A DNA stretch of 64,000 nucleotides, from contig OX337229.1 in the NCBI GenBank assembly GCA_946965045.2, positions 1,674,001 through 1,738,000 on the forward strand. The letters run 5' to 3'. The translations under genes were made by a program, and so were the position numbers. Position 1 is the first letter of the stretch. Each line of letters opens with the position of its first letter. The notes below the pieces were generated by a model. It saw only the letters and a program-made list of their open reading frames with translations, had not been told where the DNA came from and ran no database searches. Source of the stretch: Epithemia pelagica. Its lineage: Eukaryota > Protista > Bacillariophyta. This document shows positions 47,102 through 56,250 of this stretch, in pieces.

Positions 47102-48466
47102 CTAGAAGTCGAGATGGAGAGTGGTGGGGAAGTGATGTTGGGGATCTTGGCCATTGAAGGTGTTAAAGAGGTTTTCATCCGGTGATTCAAGAGCAGTCTC
47201 GCTGTTCGTTTGAAGGGCCGGATCAACGAGGTTGTCGAGTCGGTTCCGCAGTTGTTCCAAGGAGGCGATGCGGGAAGCTGTTGTTGAGTTGTCAACATGC
47301 CGAAAGTCGGTGGTGTTGAGCATTAATTGGGCCATGCCCGTGGTCCATTCAAGAACCTGTGGTCGGATATATTTCATGAAGGCAGTCGAACTCCATCGAC
47401 CAAGAATCATGATCTTGACGACGGAACAATCAGCCAGGAACAGGGCCATGGCGGCTCCTGATCTGAGAGAGTGCGTGCCGATATCCATTGGGTGGTAGCC
47501 AAAGGCGTTGAATCCGCCGCCCAATACACAGGTTTCGCGTAGCAGGTTGCGAGTGTCTTCTTGTCGGACAAAGCGTGGGGGAAGGGATGGGTTGGATGGG
47601 TCAAACCAACAATTTACTGTCGTGGATGGGGGAGCTTTTGGACGGTAGTGGAGGATCCGACGAATGACGCGGCCCCAGAGGAGGACGGGGTCGAGGATTG
47701 GGTCATTCGTTCTGCTCTGGGTGCGAGTTTCGGCTTTGTGGTTGTTCTTTTGTTCGCGAAAGGTTATTGATACGTATTTCGCAAGGTGGTGGAAGTCTGG
47801 ATGATTTGCGGCGATTGTTTCATGTTTCTTTGCTGTGTAAAAGACGACGTCGCCGATGGTTAGGAGTTTGGTCTTGCCTCGGTGGGGTACGGTCGTGAGT
47901 TCACAGCTTCGGCATCCAAAGAAGAACCCACAGCCGGCAAGGTCGGCGACGACGGCCTTGAATGTGGAGAAGTCGTAGACTCTTGGTGGGTTGGTGAGTC
48001 GGGTGTTGCGACAACTGTGGAGCCAGAGAAAGCGGAGATGTTTGGCAGTAACGGCTTTTTCTCGTTTCTCGGGGGGATCCAGATTTGACCACGCGCGTTT
48101 GAGGGAAGCGACGAGGGGGTGGACGTGATGGCTGTCTTGACAGTGGCAGGGGCTCGGCCGGTCATGATGCCGGAAGCACGATGCCAAGTCTCCAATGGCT
48201 TGGCTAAGAGTGCTTGCTCGAAGAGGTTGCGAGCGGTCGCGATTCTTGGTGTATTCGGCATCGCGGAGGGCTTGTAAGAAGGAACATGCGATGCTGGCTC
48301 TGTGGTTGGTTGCTCTGACGGACTCGAGGAGTGGGTCGTGACCGAATCCAATCCTGTCGAGATGTTCTGTCCATCGTTGCCAACATTGGTCGCGCTTTTG
48401 GTGTGCTCCTTCGGTCTTGCCGAAGAAGATTCGGGACACGCTGGCACGATCGAGGAGATCCAACAT
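47102..48466 (-). CDS. Tyrosine recombinase (YR), 454 aa
   Basis: Catalytic residues in FFFGCRSCE (R), HSLRSG (HxxR) and GRWSS.AFMKY (W, Y). Confidence 0.93.
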   Translation of the reverse strand: MLDLLDRASVSRIFFGKTEGAHQKRDQCWQRWTEHLDRIGFGHDPLLESVRATNHRASIACSFLQALRDAEYTKNRDRSQPLRASTLSQAIGDLASCFRHHDRPSPCHCQDSHHVHPLVASLKRAWSNLDPPEKREKAVTAKHLRFLWLHSCRNTRLTNPPRVYDFSTFKAVVADLAGCGFFFGCRSCELTTVPHRGKTKLLTIGDVVFYTAKKHETIAANHPDFHHLAKYVSITFREQKNNHKAETRTQSRTNDPILDPVLLWGRVIRRILHYRPKAPPSTTVNCWFDPSNPSLPPRFVRQEDTRNLLRETCVLGGGFNAFGYHPMDIGTHSLRSGAAMALFLADCSVVKIMILGRWSSTAFMKYIRPQVLEWTTGMAQLMLNTTDFRHVDNSTTASRIASLEQLRNRLDNLVDPALQTNSETALESPDENLFNTFNGQDPQHHFPTTLHLDF

Positions 48467-51399
48467 AGTATTTCGTTGGGTAAGGGATTGATGTGAAAAT
48501 TCTCGGGAATCTGCGACATAAAATTTTCATGAAGAAAAAGGGTAAGTTCGTTATCGTTAAGATGCCAGTGTCGTGACAAGATATCTGACACATCGTTCTT
48601 GCTCCCTGGAATATGCTCGGCTTGAAGGGAGAACTTGTGGTGAAGAATAAGTTCTGTTAGCTTCTTGGAGACTTGGACATGCAACGGCTTGTCAGATCCG
48701 AAGGATGATTTGTACATCCAGCCGACGGCGGACGAGTTGTCGGAGAGACTCAGTACGGCTGAGTTTTCTTCGATGCCATCGAACCAACAATCAACCCACA
48801 TTGATACAACAATTGCGATGTATTCAAAGAGATTGTTGGTGCGTGTGTTGGTGGATGATGGGTCGAGTTGGGCAAGAGCTTGGAGTCTTGCTTGGTCGAT
48901 TCGGAATCGCCATGCTCTGCCGGATCGCACCGAGTAACCGCCCATCCCTTCGGGGCAGGAGTCGGCATGGAAGAGGTGGGTGGGAACGCGACAAACCAGT
49001 CGATTGAGCGAGATGCCGTTGTGGGCATGTTGGAGGAGAGATGGCCACATTTCAAGATCCTTGGCGATGGAGTCTGGAATGGAGTACCGATAGAATGCTG
49101 GAGGGACGTCTCGGTTGGGTCGAGGACGTTTCGGATTCTTGTTCGTCTCTGGTGGTTTTGCTTTCTGTTTTTGTCGGAACGCCCGTTCAATGAAGGTTTG
49201 GTACTCGCGAAGGCGAGACAACCAAAAGGATGCGTGGGGTATGCCTTTGGTGGCATGTAGTAATTTTCCAATCAAGCTACGGAGGTTGTGGAAGGTGGTT
49301 CGACGGGTCTTGAGAAGATGTTGGACTTCTCGGGTCCAACCAATCAGTTTATCTTTTGGGAGACGAAGGAGGAGTCGTCTTGTGTCAACAATCCACCCGA
49401 GAACTCGTTGTTCTTCAGCGGGTGCACCTTCGGCTTCAAGTTTATCGGCTTCCAGCATGTCTTTTCGTGTAATTGGCTCATCCTTGGCAACTGGTCTTGT
49501 CATGAGATGGACGACGAGAGGAACGATGCTCGGGCATCGGCCAAGGTGAGGGTTGGTTGCAAGGAAGACTTGGATCATATCATCCAGATATGAGTCGTGA
49601 AAACCATGGGGACGTGGTGGGACAGAGACTGCCAGTTCACATGCTGCGACTATTGGAACTTCCTCTGGTAAATACTTGGGTCCTCCAATTCCTTCTTGGA
49701 GTGGCGATTGACAAAGGTCTGGCTGCCATTCATCGAAATCGGCCAGGTCGTTGCAGAAGTCAGTTCCAATTTCCGAGACGATGGAAAATTCGGCCGGGTT
49801 GGCGGATGCTCCAAAGGTCAACCGGAGATTGAGGTGAGCAAAGGAATTGGAGGGGTCAATGGTAATATTCCTTGCTGCGACATCGCCATCGCCATGGACG
49901 CGACGATAGGCAGATGACCAATCAAACTTGCTGATGAGGATACGATCGGTGGGAAATTTCCAACGCAATGCAACAATCTGGTGGAGAACACGGTCTAAAC
50001 AGTGGCCCATGACAAGGTCAATCAATTTGCTTTGGTCGATCAAGTCGTTGGTCGAGGGGCAAAATCCGAGGGAAAAGGACTGGTCGTGTGTCAAGCGGTC
50101 TTTCGGAACAAGGTCGCCGTTGGCATCGATGCCAAGTTGGTGAGCGACGCCCATGGGACTGATTCGGCTGTGCTTGATACGTTTGGCACAGTCGAAGGTG
50201 ATGGGAAGGGAGAAACCTTTCGAAGCGTCTTTGCGGAGGACTTTCGAGAGAGCTTCTGGATTCTTTTTACCAGAGGCGTGATTGCCGTATTCGAGGATTG
50301 CCTCGTTTTCAGCGCGTCTGGCTGGCTCGTCTTCCTCAGCTGTGAGAGGATAGGAGACACCATGCGTGATATTGTGGTGAAACCGTGACCAGTATGGGTG
50401 GCCGGCTAGGAGTGGTTCGAGAATTTGGGCTGTGCGAAATTCCGAGCCGGGTGTGATGACGGAGTCGGGGTGACTGTCGATCACTCGTTGCATGTCAAAA
50501 TCAAACCGTTCAATCAGCTGTGAGTTGAAGGTTGCATTGGACAAAACAACAGAATCGTCGATAGAGTGACGAAAGGGTGATGGCTTGGGGGTTGATGGCT
50601 TGTGGTCGGCAATGAAAAGCATGACGGAAAGACGAATTGGGTGGCTGATCGGTTGGAGTGGAGGAGGGGCCAGTCTTGAGGGAAAAATCTTGGAAATCTC
50701 ATTGGGAAGGTAGCATAGAGCGGAACTTGGGGAACGAAACTCTGTGTCATCAGCAATGTTAGACTCACCTAGTAAATTTAAATCCGCTTTTCGAGCTTGT
50801 TCAAGTCTTTTCACATTTCGTTGTAATGACTTGCCGGAAAAATCAGACCCGATGATTGCAGAGGAGCTCCCTGGGAGAGATTCCGCAATTTGTGAGGGCA
50901 GATTTTCGGAAAGGGAACTTGGGGGACTTGGGGGTCTTGTTGGGGTGCCAACGGAAAAGGAGTCTCTTGCGAGATCCTTCGAGGTTGGTTGGGAACGATT
51001 GGTGGCAATCGTGGAATTGGTGGTGGATGCGTCAACGGATGAACGGATCTTGGGAGCAGAATCAGACGTGATGACACATTGATTCTGAACGGACGAGATC
51101 AGATCGGAGAGTTCTCGTTGACGAGTCTCGGGGTATCTTGAGTAATCTTGTGTGACATGATGAACCAGAAAAGGGTTCGCAGTGCTTGGAATCTTGGGTT
51201 TTTGGTCAGACGACGGTGTCGCCAATGGAGGGAGGAAGGATGCAACAATGTTGGGTGCGGAAGGTGATGAAAGTGAAAGAGGCTTGGAGTAAGAAGAAGA
51301 CTCCGCGATTATAATTTTACTATTATCGGTGGGTCGAGAGTCGTCTCGCAAAAAGGAAGATGAATTCGATGATGAAGAAACAATCAACCCGTCCTGGCG
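47860..51399 (-). CDS. Reverse transcriptase - RNase H (DIRS/Ngaro type)
   Basis: RT motifs: KFDWSSAYR, LTFGASANP, YLDD, LGW. RNase H motifs: DSCPEGMGG, NLFEYIA, DNSSAV, HIPGSKNDVSDILSR. Confidence 0.93.
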   Translation of the reverse strand, partial: RQDGLIVSSSSNSSSFLRDDSRPTDNSKIIIAESSSYSKPLSLSSPSAPNIVASFLPPLATPSSDQKPKIPSTANPFLVHHVTQDYSRYPETRQRELSDLISSVQNQCVITSDSAPKIRSSVDASTTNSTIATNRSQPTSKDLARDSFSVGTPTRPPSPPSSLSENLPSQIAESLPGSSSAIIGSDFSGKSLQRNVKRLEQARKADLNLLGESNIADDTEFRSPSSALCYLPNEISKIFPSRLAPPPLQPISHPIRLSVMLFIADHKPSTPKPSPFRHSIDDSVVLSNATFNSQLIERFDFDMQRVIDSHPDSVITPGSEFRTAQILEPLLAGHPYWSRFHHNITHGVSYPLTAEEDEPARRAENEAILEYGNHASGKKNPEALSKVLRKDASKGFSLPITFDCAKRIKHSRISPMGVAHQLGIDANGDLVPKDRLTHDQSFSLGFCPSTNDLIDQSKLIDLVMGHCLDRVLHQIVALRWKFPTDRILISKFDWSSAYRRVHGDGDVAARNITIDPSNSFAHLNLRLTFGASANPAEFSIVSEIGTDFCNDLADFDEWQPDLCQSPLQEGIGGPKYLPEEVPIVAACELAVSVPPRPHGFHDSYLDDMIQVFLATNPHLGRCPSIVPLVVHLMTRPVAKDEPITRKDMLEADKLEAEGAPAEEQRVLGWIVDTRRLLLRLPKDKLIGWTREVQHLLKTRRTTFHNLRSLIGKLLHATKGIPHASFWLSRLREYQTFIERAFRQKQKAKPPETNKNPKRPRPNRDVPPAFYRYSIPDSIAKDLEMWPSLLQHAHNGISLNRLVCRVPTHLFHADSCPEGMGGYSVRSGRAWRFRIDQARLQALAQLDPSSTNTRTNNLFEYIAIVVSMWVDCWFDGIEENSAVLSLSDNSSAVGWMYKSSFGSDKPLHVQVSKKLTELILHHKFSLQAEHIPGSKNDVSDILSRHWHLNDNELTLFLHENFMSQIPENFHINPLPNEILCWISSIVPACPESSSARPKEHTKSATNVGNDGQNISTGLDSVTTHSSSPSEQPTTEPASHVPSYKPSAMPNTPRIATARNLFEQALLAKPLETWHRASGIMTGRAPATVKTAITSTPSSLPSNARGQIWIPPRNEKKPLLPNISAFSGSTVVATPDSPTHQESTTSPHSRPSSPTLPAVGSSLDAEAVNSRPYPTEARPNS

Positions 51400-54282
51400 T
51401 CAATTGCGATTCGCATTGGCATATGCGGATCGGTAGAACTCGTCCATGGCCTCTTTCTTGTTGTGTTTGCTGGGATCATCATGAAGAAATTTACATTTCT
51501 TGCCTTTCTTGCAGATTCCTTTGGTGAACAAGATGTTGCAAAAATGTTGCTTCTTCCCCCCATCTTTCGTCACGAAGGGGATGTTGGAAAGAACGCTTGG
51601 TGGGAACACATTCATGTAATTGGCTTCGGATGGAAGTCGCCAATTGGATGGGGAGTCAAAAGTGATGGGGGTCTTGGGTGGGTCAGAGTTCGACGAAGAT
51701 GAATTCTGTTGACGCTTGGGATTGGAAGGACCGTCATCAGAACCTGCCGAACGTTTCTTTTGGGAGTGCTTGAGTTGGTTGGCTTGGAATTTGGCTTGTA
51801 GTGCCGGAGGGAGGGAAACGAGAGTCGAACCGGTCTTGACATTGAATAAGATCCAATTCACGCGTTCTTCGAAATCGTTGAAGCCAATGTCTGCTAGTGA
51901 TGAAGCACTCGATAGGGTCGCAACGAACTCCTGAACAGCTTCGTCGATGGCAAAAAGAAATTGCCCGAAATAAAAGTCGTTACCCGAGCTCTGTTGCTTG
52001 GCCATAATCTTTGTCCGAAACTTGTGGTAAAAGTTCAAGACCTTGAGAACTTGGTTCGCAATCATCGAAGACGAGCCACAAAGGCCTTTTGCGCATGCCC
52101 AGAAAGAACGCAACTGTTTTTCAAACTCATCCGCTGTTCTCGGGAAAAACAGGTTGTGGTCAGAGTACAATTGCTGCATGTCCTTGGATTGTTTCATATC
52201 GTTTAAGTGAAACAAGGAAGCGTCATGAATCTGTTGTCGGATATTCTTGTCCAGGGTGTTGTTCGAATCCAAGCCTGGAATGGCGTAGGGATCGAACGAG
52301 AAGGGACTGAAACCCCCTGGACAAGCTTCGGACTTCCAACGTAAACCCAAGCGTTGAATGACGGTGCATTGTCCGAAAAGGATGGTGCATGCATTGTCTG
52401 AGGGGTCGAAGACTTCGGCGAGAAAAGACTCAAAGAATGTTGCGGAGTTTTTCGATTTCCAGACGATTTTGATGATCTCGGACAATTCATCTGGTAAAGA
52501 GATGGCAGATGAAGTAATCGATCCAAGGCGCAAAGTCTTCTGGGCGTTCAGTGGCATGTCGCGAAACATGCTTTTTGATTCAGGGGCAGTGATGTCATCT
52601 TCGTTGCCGCTTTTCTTGGATGTCATCTCCTTAATGCATTTCGAGAGTAAGAACATCTCGGGAGAGACAAAATGGACATTGCCTTCGTCGTCAAGCATTC
52701 GGACGCCATGGCCTTGGGAAGAGGGCTGATCTGTCGATGGGGAGGCATCTTGAGGCGGCATCAAACAATCAACCGGAGATGTCGATTGAAAGCGGACATT
52801 GGACGAGGAGCGACGCAAAGATGGGCGCTTGGAGGATGACGGTGTCGTGCGGGCTTGAGGAGCAAGGTTGGGGAAGACTCGGGAGCGATGAATCGAAATC
52901 GTGGAATTCGCTTTCGAAGGGTCCTTGGGAATCGATGGGAAAACAATCTGCAACTTGGGGCTGTCTCGACGGTGAAGAACGATCCAAAGGAAGCGAATGA
53001 TCGGCTCTTGAATCATGAGGAGAGGGTAGTCAAGAGGCATACCTTTCTTCTTGACCTCTACGGTACTGTCCATGGAGGACGTCCACCAATGGTGGAGGGC
53101 AACCTTGTACAATCCACTGGCTAAGTCCTCAAACGAGACGTTGACATTGTGGGTCGAGGCATCGGTGTTGTGGAGCATCAATCCCGAGAAACAAGGTGGG
53201 ATGAGGCATAAGCTCGAGCAGACAAAGTCACGATCGGTCTTCGAGGAGGAAGAGGAGCTGGAAGCAACACCAGAGAAGCTTTTGAACTTGGATGAATCGA
53301 AGGTCAGGTGAGGGAAAGATGACGACGGGGAGAAGTCATCAATTTCAACGACGCAATGATCGAGGATCTCCGCAAAAGTGGGGACTTGAGAGAACACGTG
53401 ATCGCTTAAGAGGAGGGGAACATCATCGTTGTCAAGTTGGAACGGGATGGATTCGAACGGGATGCGATTGAGACCATAAAACGGGATCTGGGGATCAATA
53501 AAGGAACCACAATTCTCAGGGCAACAAAGGTTGTGAAAGAGAAAGGGTTTACCACCGCGAGACAAACCCAACAAAGCAAAAGGATGGTTCTTCGTCTTGG
53601 AGGTCAACCAAACATGGAGATCGTCCGTGGAGGTGAGACGATTGAAGCTGGATCGAACTTCTGACCAAAGGGAAGGATCACGGGTCAAAGTGACGTGGAG
53701 GGGCTTGAAAAAGGAGTCACACCAATCAATCGGAGCAGATTTCTCGAGTTCTGAAAAGATGTATTCGAGAGACTTGTCGGAGAGCTTGTGGAAATCATGA
53801 GTGAAATAGAACTCATGACGATAGGCGCCTGCACGAAGAAGAAAGGGTGGGTTTTCGTCGTCAGGGTCGGTACCAATCTCTCCTTCCGTGAGGAGAAGTT
53901 CATCATCGTTGCCAGCCGGATCTTCTTTGGAAGCAATGAGAGAATCGAAGCGTTTCAAAGCAAGAGGAGGCGGAGCCTTGGGGTTCTTGGTCTTGTCGCT
54001 AGAAGCAGAGATGGTCTTGGCTTCAGCGAAAAGTTTCTCTTGGGCTTCGGAATCGGACTCGACAGAGTAAATGTCATCATCTTCTTTAGGAGCATGAGCC
54101 TTGAGAGAGGACTTCTTGTTGGAGGCAGAAGGTTTCTGATCTCCTTTCGGATCGTCAGGTTGGGAGACGACGGCTGCCACGGGAGCAGACGAGAAAGGAG
54201 CAGGGGGATCAGATCCCTTGGCCGACGACGGTTTCTTCGGAAAGATATCGTCGAGGAACGGATTGGAACCAGAGAAAGTCAT
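51400..54282 (-). CDS. Gag-like ORF1 (about 960 aa) with a C-terminal CCCH zinc finger
   Basis: ATG at 54282, just inside A1; C-terminal CNILFTKGICKKGKKCKFLH. Confidence 0.85.
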   Translation of the reverse strand: MTFSGSNPFLDDIFPKKPSSAKGSDPPAPFSSAPVAAVVSQPDDPKGDQKPSASNKKSSLKAHAPKEDDDIYSVESDSEAQEKLFAEAKTISASSDKTKNPKAPPPLALKRFDSLIASKEDPAGNDDELLLTEGEIGTDPDDENPPFLLRAGAYRHEFYFTHDFHKLSDKSLEYIFSELEKSAPIDWCDSFFKPLHVTLTRDPSLWSEVRSSFNRLTSTDDLHVWLTSKTKNHPFALLGLSRGGKPFLFHNLCCPENCGSFIDPQIPFYGLNRIPFESIPFQLDNDDVPLLLSDHVFSQVPTFAEILDHCVVEIDDFSPSSSFPHLTFDSSKFKSFSGVASSSSSSSKTDRDFVCSSLCLIPPCFSGLMLHNTDASTHNVNVSFEDLASGLYKVALHHWWTSSMDSTVEVKKKGMPLDYPLLMIQEPIIRFLWIVLHRRDSPKLQIVFPSIPKDPSKANSTISIHRSRVFPNLAPQARTTPSSSKRPSLRRSSSNVRFQSTSPVDCLMPPQDASPSTDQPSSQGHGVRMLDDEGNVHFVSPEMFLLSKCIKEMTSKKSGNEDDITAPESKSMFRDMPLNAQKTLRLGSITSSAISLPDELSEIIKIVWKSKNSATFFESFLAEVFDPSDNACTILFGQCTVIQRLGLRWKSEACPGGFSPFSFDPYAIPGLDSNNTLDKNIRQQIHDASLFHLNDMKQSKDMQQLYSDHNLFFPRTADEFEKQLRSFWACAKGLCGSSSMIANQVLKVLNFYHKFRTKIMAKQQSSGNDFYFGQFLFAIDEAVQEFVATLSSASSLADIGFNDFEERVNWILFNVKTGSTLVSLPPALQAKFQANQLKHSQKKRSAGSDDGPSNPKRQQNSSSSNSDPPKTPITFDSPSNWRLPSEANYMNVFPPSVLSNIPFVTKDGGKKQHFCNILFTKGICKKGKKCKFLHDDPSKHNKKEAMDEFYRSAYANANRN

Positions 54283-54302
54283 GATGAACAAGGTAAACTC
54301 AG

Positions 54303-54551
54303 AAGATTAGCTAACTAGAATCGTTGCGATCTCGAATTCGTCTCGTAGTCGTTGCAAAGATGCTGAACCCAAGAAGAGTGAGCTCTTCTCACGCTCCAAC
54401 GACTCTGCATCAGGGTCATCCTAAAAACTTCCGATTGTGGGAATCAAATCGGATGCTCGCCTCGCGTCGAGGAGGCGGAGCAGTCGCACCTCTGTTGTCG
54501 GTCGCGGAGTCTGGCCAGCATCGGCCACGTCACTCCACCCAGTACAGACAC
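54303..54551 (-). repeat. Split direct repeat A1 (5' end of the element)
   Basis: Matches 46634-46882. Confidence 0.95.
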
Positions 54552-54803
54552 GAATGAAGCGACGCCCTCACCGCACTGGGCCAGCCGGTCATGTCTTCCG
54601 GGCGACAGACAGTCGAGAAATTCGGAAGAATCTTTTGTATCTTTTTTGTCGCATCTCTCGTCGACCATGACAAATCTCACTCACTTGGTACTTACGGATA
54701 CTCTTTTTGGTACCCAGGGGAAAGAAGGTTTGACCCTTCTGGTTTTGGGTATGGAAGCCATTTGAAGCAATTGTGAAATCTTGTATTGTCACGGCGACCA
54801 CTG

Positions 54804-55946
54804 ATGAAGCATTGGAAACTCGTTCCATTTGCAGCTGGATCTTTCCCGGCTTTTGTATCATTCAACGTCAAGTATCGGCCCACCATGTCATCGGTTCCAG
54901 ATAATTTTGATCTGACTTCGTCTCATGTGACGCGATGCTTGCCATCAATTTCAGAAGCAGGTAATAAACAAGATCCAAATGAGAATCGGACTTCAACACA
55001 AAAGCCGGTCCCAAAAGTACATACGTTAACTGTATGTATGGTTCCTCCACCGTCAAACGTTGAAGTATGGAACACTGTTTATCAGATGCGTGAGCTATTG
55101 AGAGATCCAGGTTTGTTTCGATGGCCTCCTCATGTCAATCTATTGTATCCTTTTGTGAACTTCGAAGCAATCGAGGGGCACGATGCCACTAGTACGCCCT
55201 TGTTCGAAACCGTCCAACTCATACGTCAGGCAACCAAACAAATTGAACCTTTTCCTGTTTGTCTCAATGCGTATGGTACCTTCGGTGGAAGAAACAGAGG
55301 TGTGTTGTGGTTGAATCCGGATAGCCGGAAAGGAGCAGTGGGTGATGAAAGTGATAACTCAACTATTCCATTGATGGACCTGCACTCGTCGCTTGAAAAG
55401 GCATTTCCCATGTGTCTCGATTTGTCACAGAAAGGCAACACTGGGAAATTTTCACCACACATGACCCTCTCCCATTTTAAGAACTTGACTGACGCCTTGG
55501 ATGCTCAAACTAAACTGGAAGAGAAGTTTAGCCTCAACGAGCTCTCCTTTGTTATGGACAGAGTCTACTTGTTGAAGCGACAAGGTGATGGTGGTCAGTT
55601 CCATCGATTGGCTGAAGTCTTCTTGGGGCAGACAGAAGAAGCCAACAAAGAGGAATATCAAATCTATGAACCACCATTGCCGTTTCCTTCTATGCCTCTT
55701 TTCGAGGCCGATTGGGTATATCAAGAACGCATGGCTCTGAAAAAGCGGAGGAATTGGAGTGGCAATCGACGAGGGGGGAAAAGATATCGTCGTCGACGCT
55801 CTGATGAACCACGAGTTCCTGATACTCCAGAGGAAATTGAACGCAAACGCGCGGAACGCAAACTCAAGAGAGAAAGACTAGCACAGGAGGCACAAACCAA
55901 TATGGTAACCTCACACGACGACGACGACGACATGTCATCCTTGTAA
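54804..55946 (+). CDS. 2H phosphoesterase (2'-5' RNA ligase-like, LENG9-like)
   Basis: Two Hx[T/N] motifs: WPPHVNLLYPF and FSPHMTLSHF; basic C-terminal tail. Confidence 0.82.
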   Translation: MKHWKLVPFAAGSFPAFVSFNVKYRPTMSSVPDNFDLTSSHVTRCLPSISEAGNKQDPNENRTSTQKPVPKVHTLTVCMVPPPSNVEVWNTVYQMRELLRDPGLFRWPPHVNLLYPFVNFEAIEGHDATSTPLFETVQLIRQATKQIEPFPVCLNAYGTFGGRNRGVLWLNPDSRKGAVGDESDNSTIPLMDLHSSLEKAFPMCLDLSQKGNTGKFSPHMTLSHFKNLTDALDAQTKLEEKFSLNELSFVMDRVYLLKRQGDGGQFHRLAEVFLGQTEEANKEEYQIYEPPLPFPSMPLFEADWVYQERMALKKRRNWSGNRRGGKRYRRRRSDEPRVPDTPEEIERKRAERKLKRERLAQEAQTNMVTSHDDDDDMSSL

Positions 55947-56250
55947 CCAACTGTTATGAGACACGTCATGCCAGCCGCTTCTTTTTAAAGAGCTATACTA
56001 GTTATAGAGAAATACTTGACAAGTCATTCCTACTGTTTGTTTCACATGATAATCTGTTGATAGCTTGTACTGGTCTAACTTTAGGGTAGATATGTGAGGG
56101 ATCCTCTCAGAACACTCAAATTTGTTGGTTGAAGTTTTGTTGTATTCATTTAATGTCAATTAATGGATCTTGCTCCCCTTTGATAACGCACCAAACGTCC
56201 ATAAAGAAACAAGCTTTCCCCCTTTCCTTTTGGTTTCGTGTTCATACTGG

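Larger units (their letters stand above)
46438..54551 (-). mobile_element. Ngaro-type tyrosine-recombinase retrotransposon with split direct repeats (A1-gag-RT/RH-YR-B1-A2-B2), 8114 bp
   Basis: The A repeat (249 bp) is at 54303-54551 and 46634-46882 with one mismatch seen. The B repeat (175 bp) is at 46883-47057 and 46438-46612 with no mismatch seen. Three intact ORFs lie between them. Confidence 0.95.

Noticed and set aside
46335-47298. Short ORFs within the A and B repeats
   Set aside because: They are duplicated only because the repeats are, and show no protein features.
46438-54551. LTR or DIRS1 (inverted repeat + ICR) classification
   Set aside because: There is no DDE integrase or TSD, and the repeats are direct and split rather than inverted.
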